Of a stretch of DNA of 64,000 nucleotides, positions 63,895 through 64,000 are shown in pieces. Numbering within the stretch: position 1 is the stretch's first letter; each line of letters opens with the position of its first letter. A model generated the notes under the pieces. It saw only the letters and a list, made by a program, of their open reading frames with translations. It had not been told where the DNA came from and did not search any database. Source of the stretch: Lama glama (taxonomy: Eukaryota); contig CM052818.1 of assembly GCA_028534125.1 (NCBI GenBank), positions 8,806,001-8,870,000 of the forward strand, given 5' to 3'. The position numbers and the translations under genes were made by a program.

Positions 63895-64000
63895 ACTAAC
63901 CACTGTCTGGAGCCGTCTAACCTCCACCGGAGGTCCAGCACCTTCTCTTTGCTTTACACAGGTCTTCTGCAGCACTGTGATCGAACAACCAGGCTGAGAA
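63895..64000 (+). other. Candidate 3' splice site and start of a plus-strand exon at the window edge
   Basis: CACTAAC and TCTAAC branch-point-like motifs, pyrimidine tract ccttctctttgctttacacAG ending at ~63962; exon runs off the window. Confidence 0.35.

Noticed and set aside
63960..64000. Assigning a gene name to the terminal exon, e.g. a single-coding-exon GPCR
   Set aside because: Only ~39 nt are visible and no start codon is inside the window, so any name would be a guess.

Overview
Mammalian genomic DNA, most likely camelid (camel, alpaca or llama). That call rests on eight copies of a tRNA-derived SINE resembling the camelid Vic-1 family and on camelid-type L1 3' ends; it is recalled pattern matching, not a database search. 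No long protein-coding ORF or recognisable gene was found. The window is a repeat-rich intronic or intergenic region with L1, L2, MIR, MaLR, ERV1 LTRs and MER/Tigger DNA transposons. The main structure is a ~12 kb degenerate ERV1 (MER4-group-like) provirus on the minus strand (19558-31518), with two LTRs, a CCTA target-site duplication (TSD), a tRNA-Ser-like PBS, a PPT and a gag zinc-knuckle remnant. Its middle is replaced by a ~6 kb mosaic cargo: poly(A), a MIR-like piece, an opposite-strand ERV internal region, an env remnant plus LTR, and Tigger1. Other notable items are a 25-bp TG...CA inverted-repeat element with a perfect 6-bp TSD (a possible collapsed betaretroviral LTR), two L1-retroposed LTR 3' ends with poly(A) and TSDs, several solo LTRs with 4-bp TSDs, and unverified chains of small splice-competent exons on each strand. 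Repeat family names are from memory and boundaries without TSDs are approximate.
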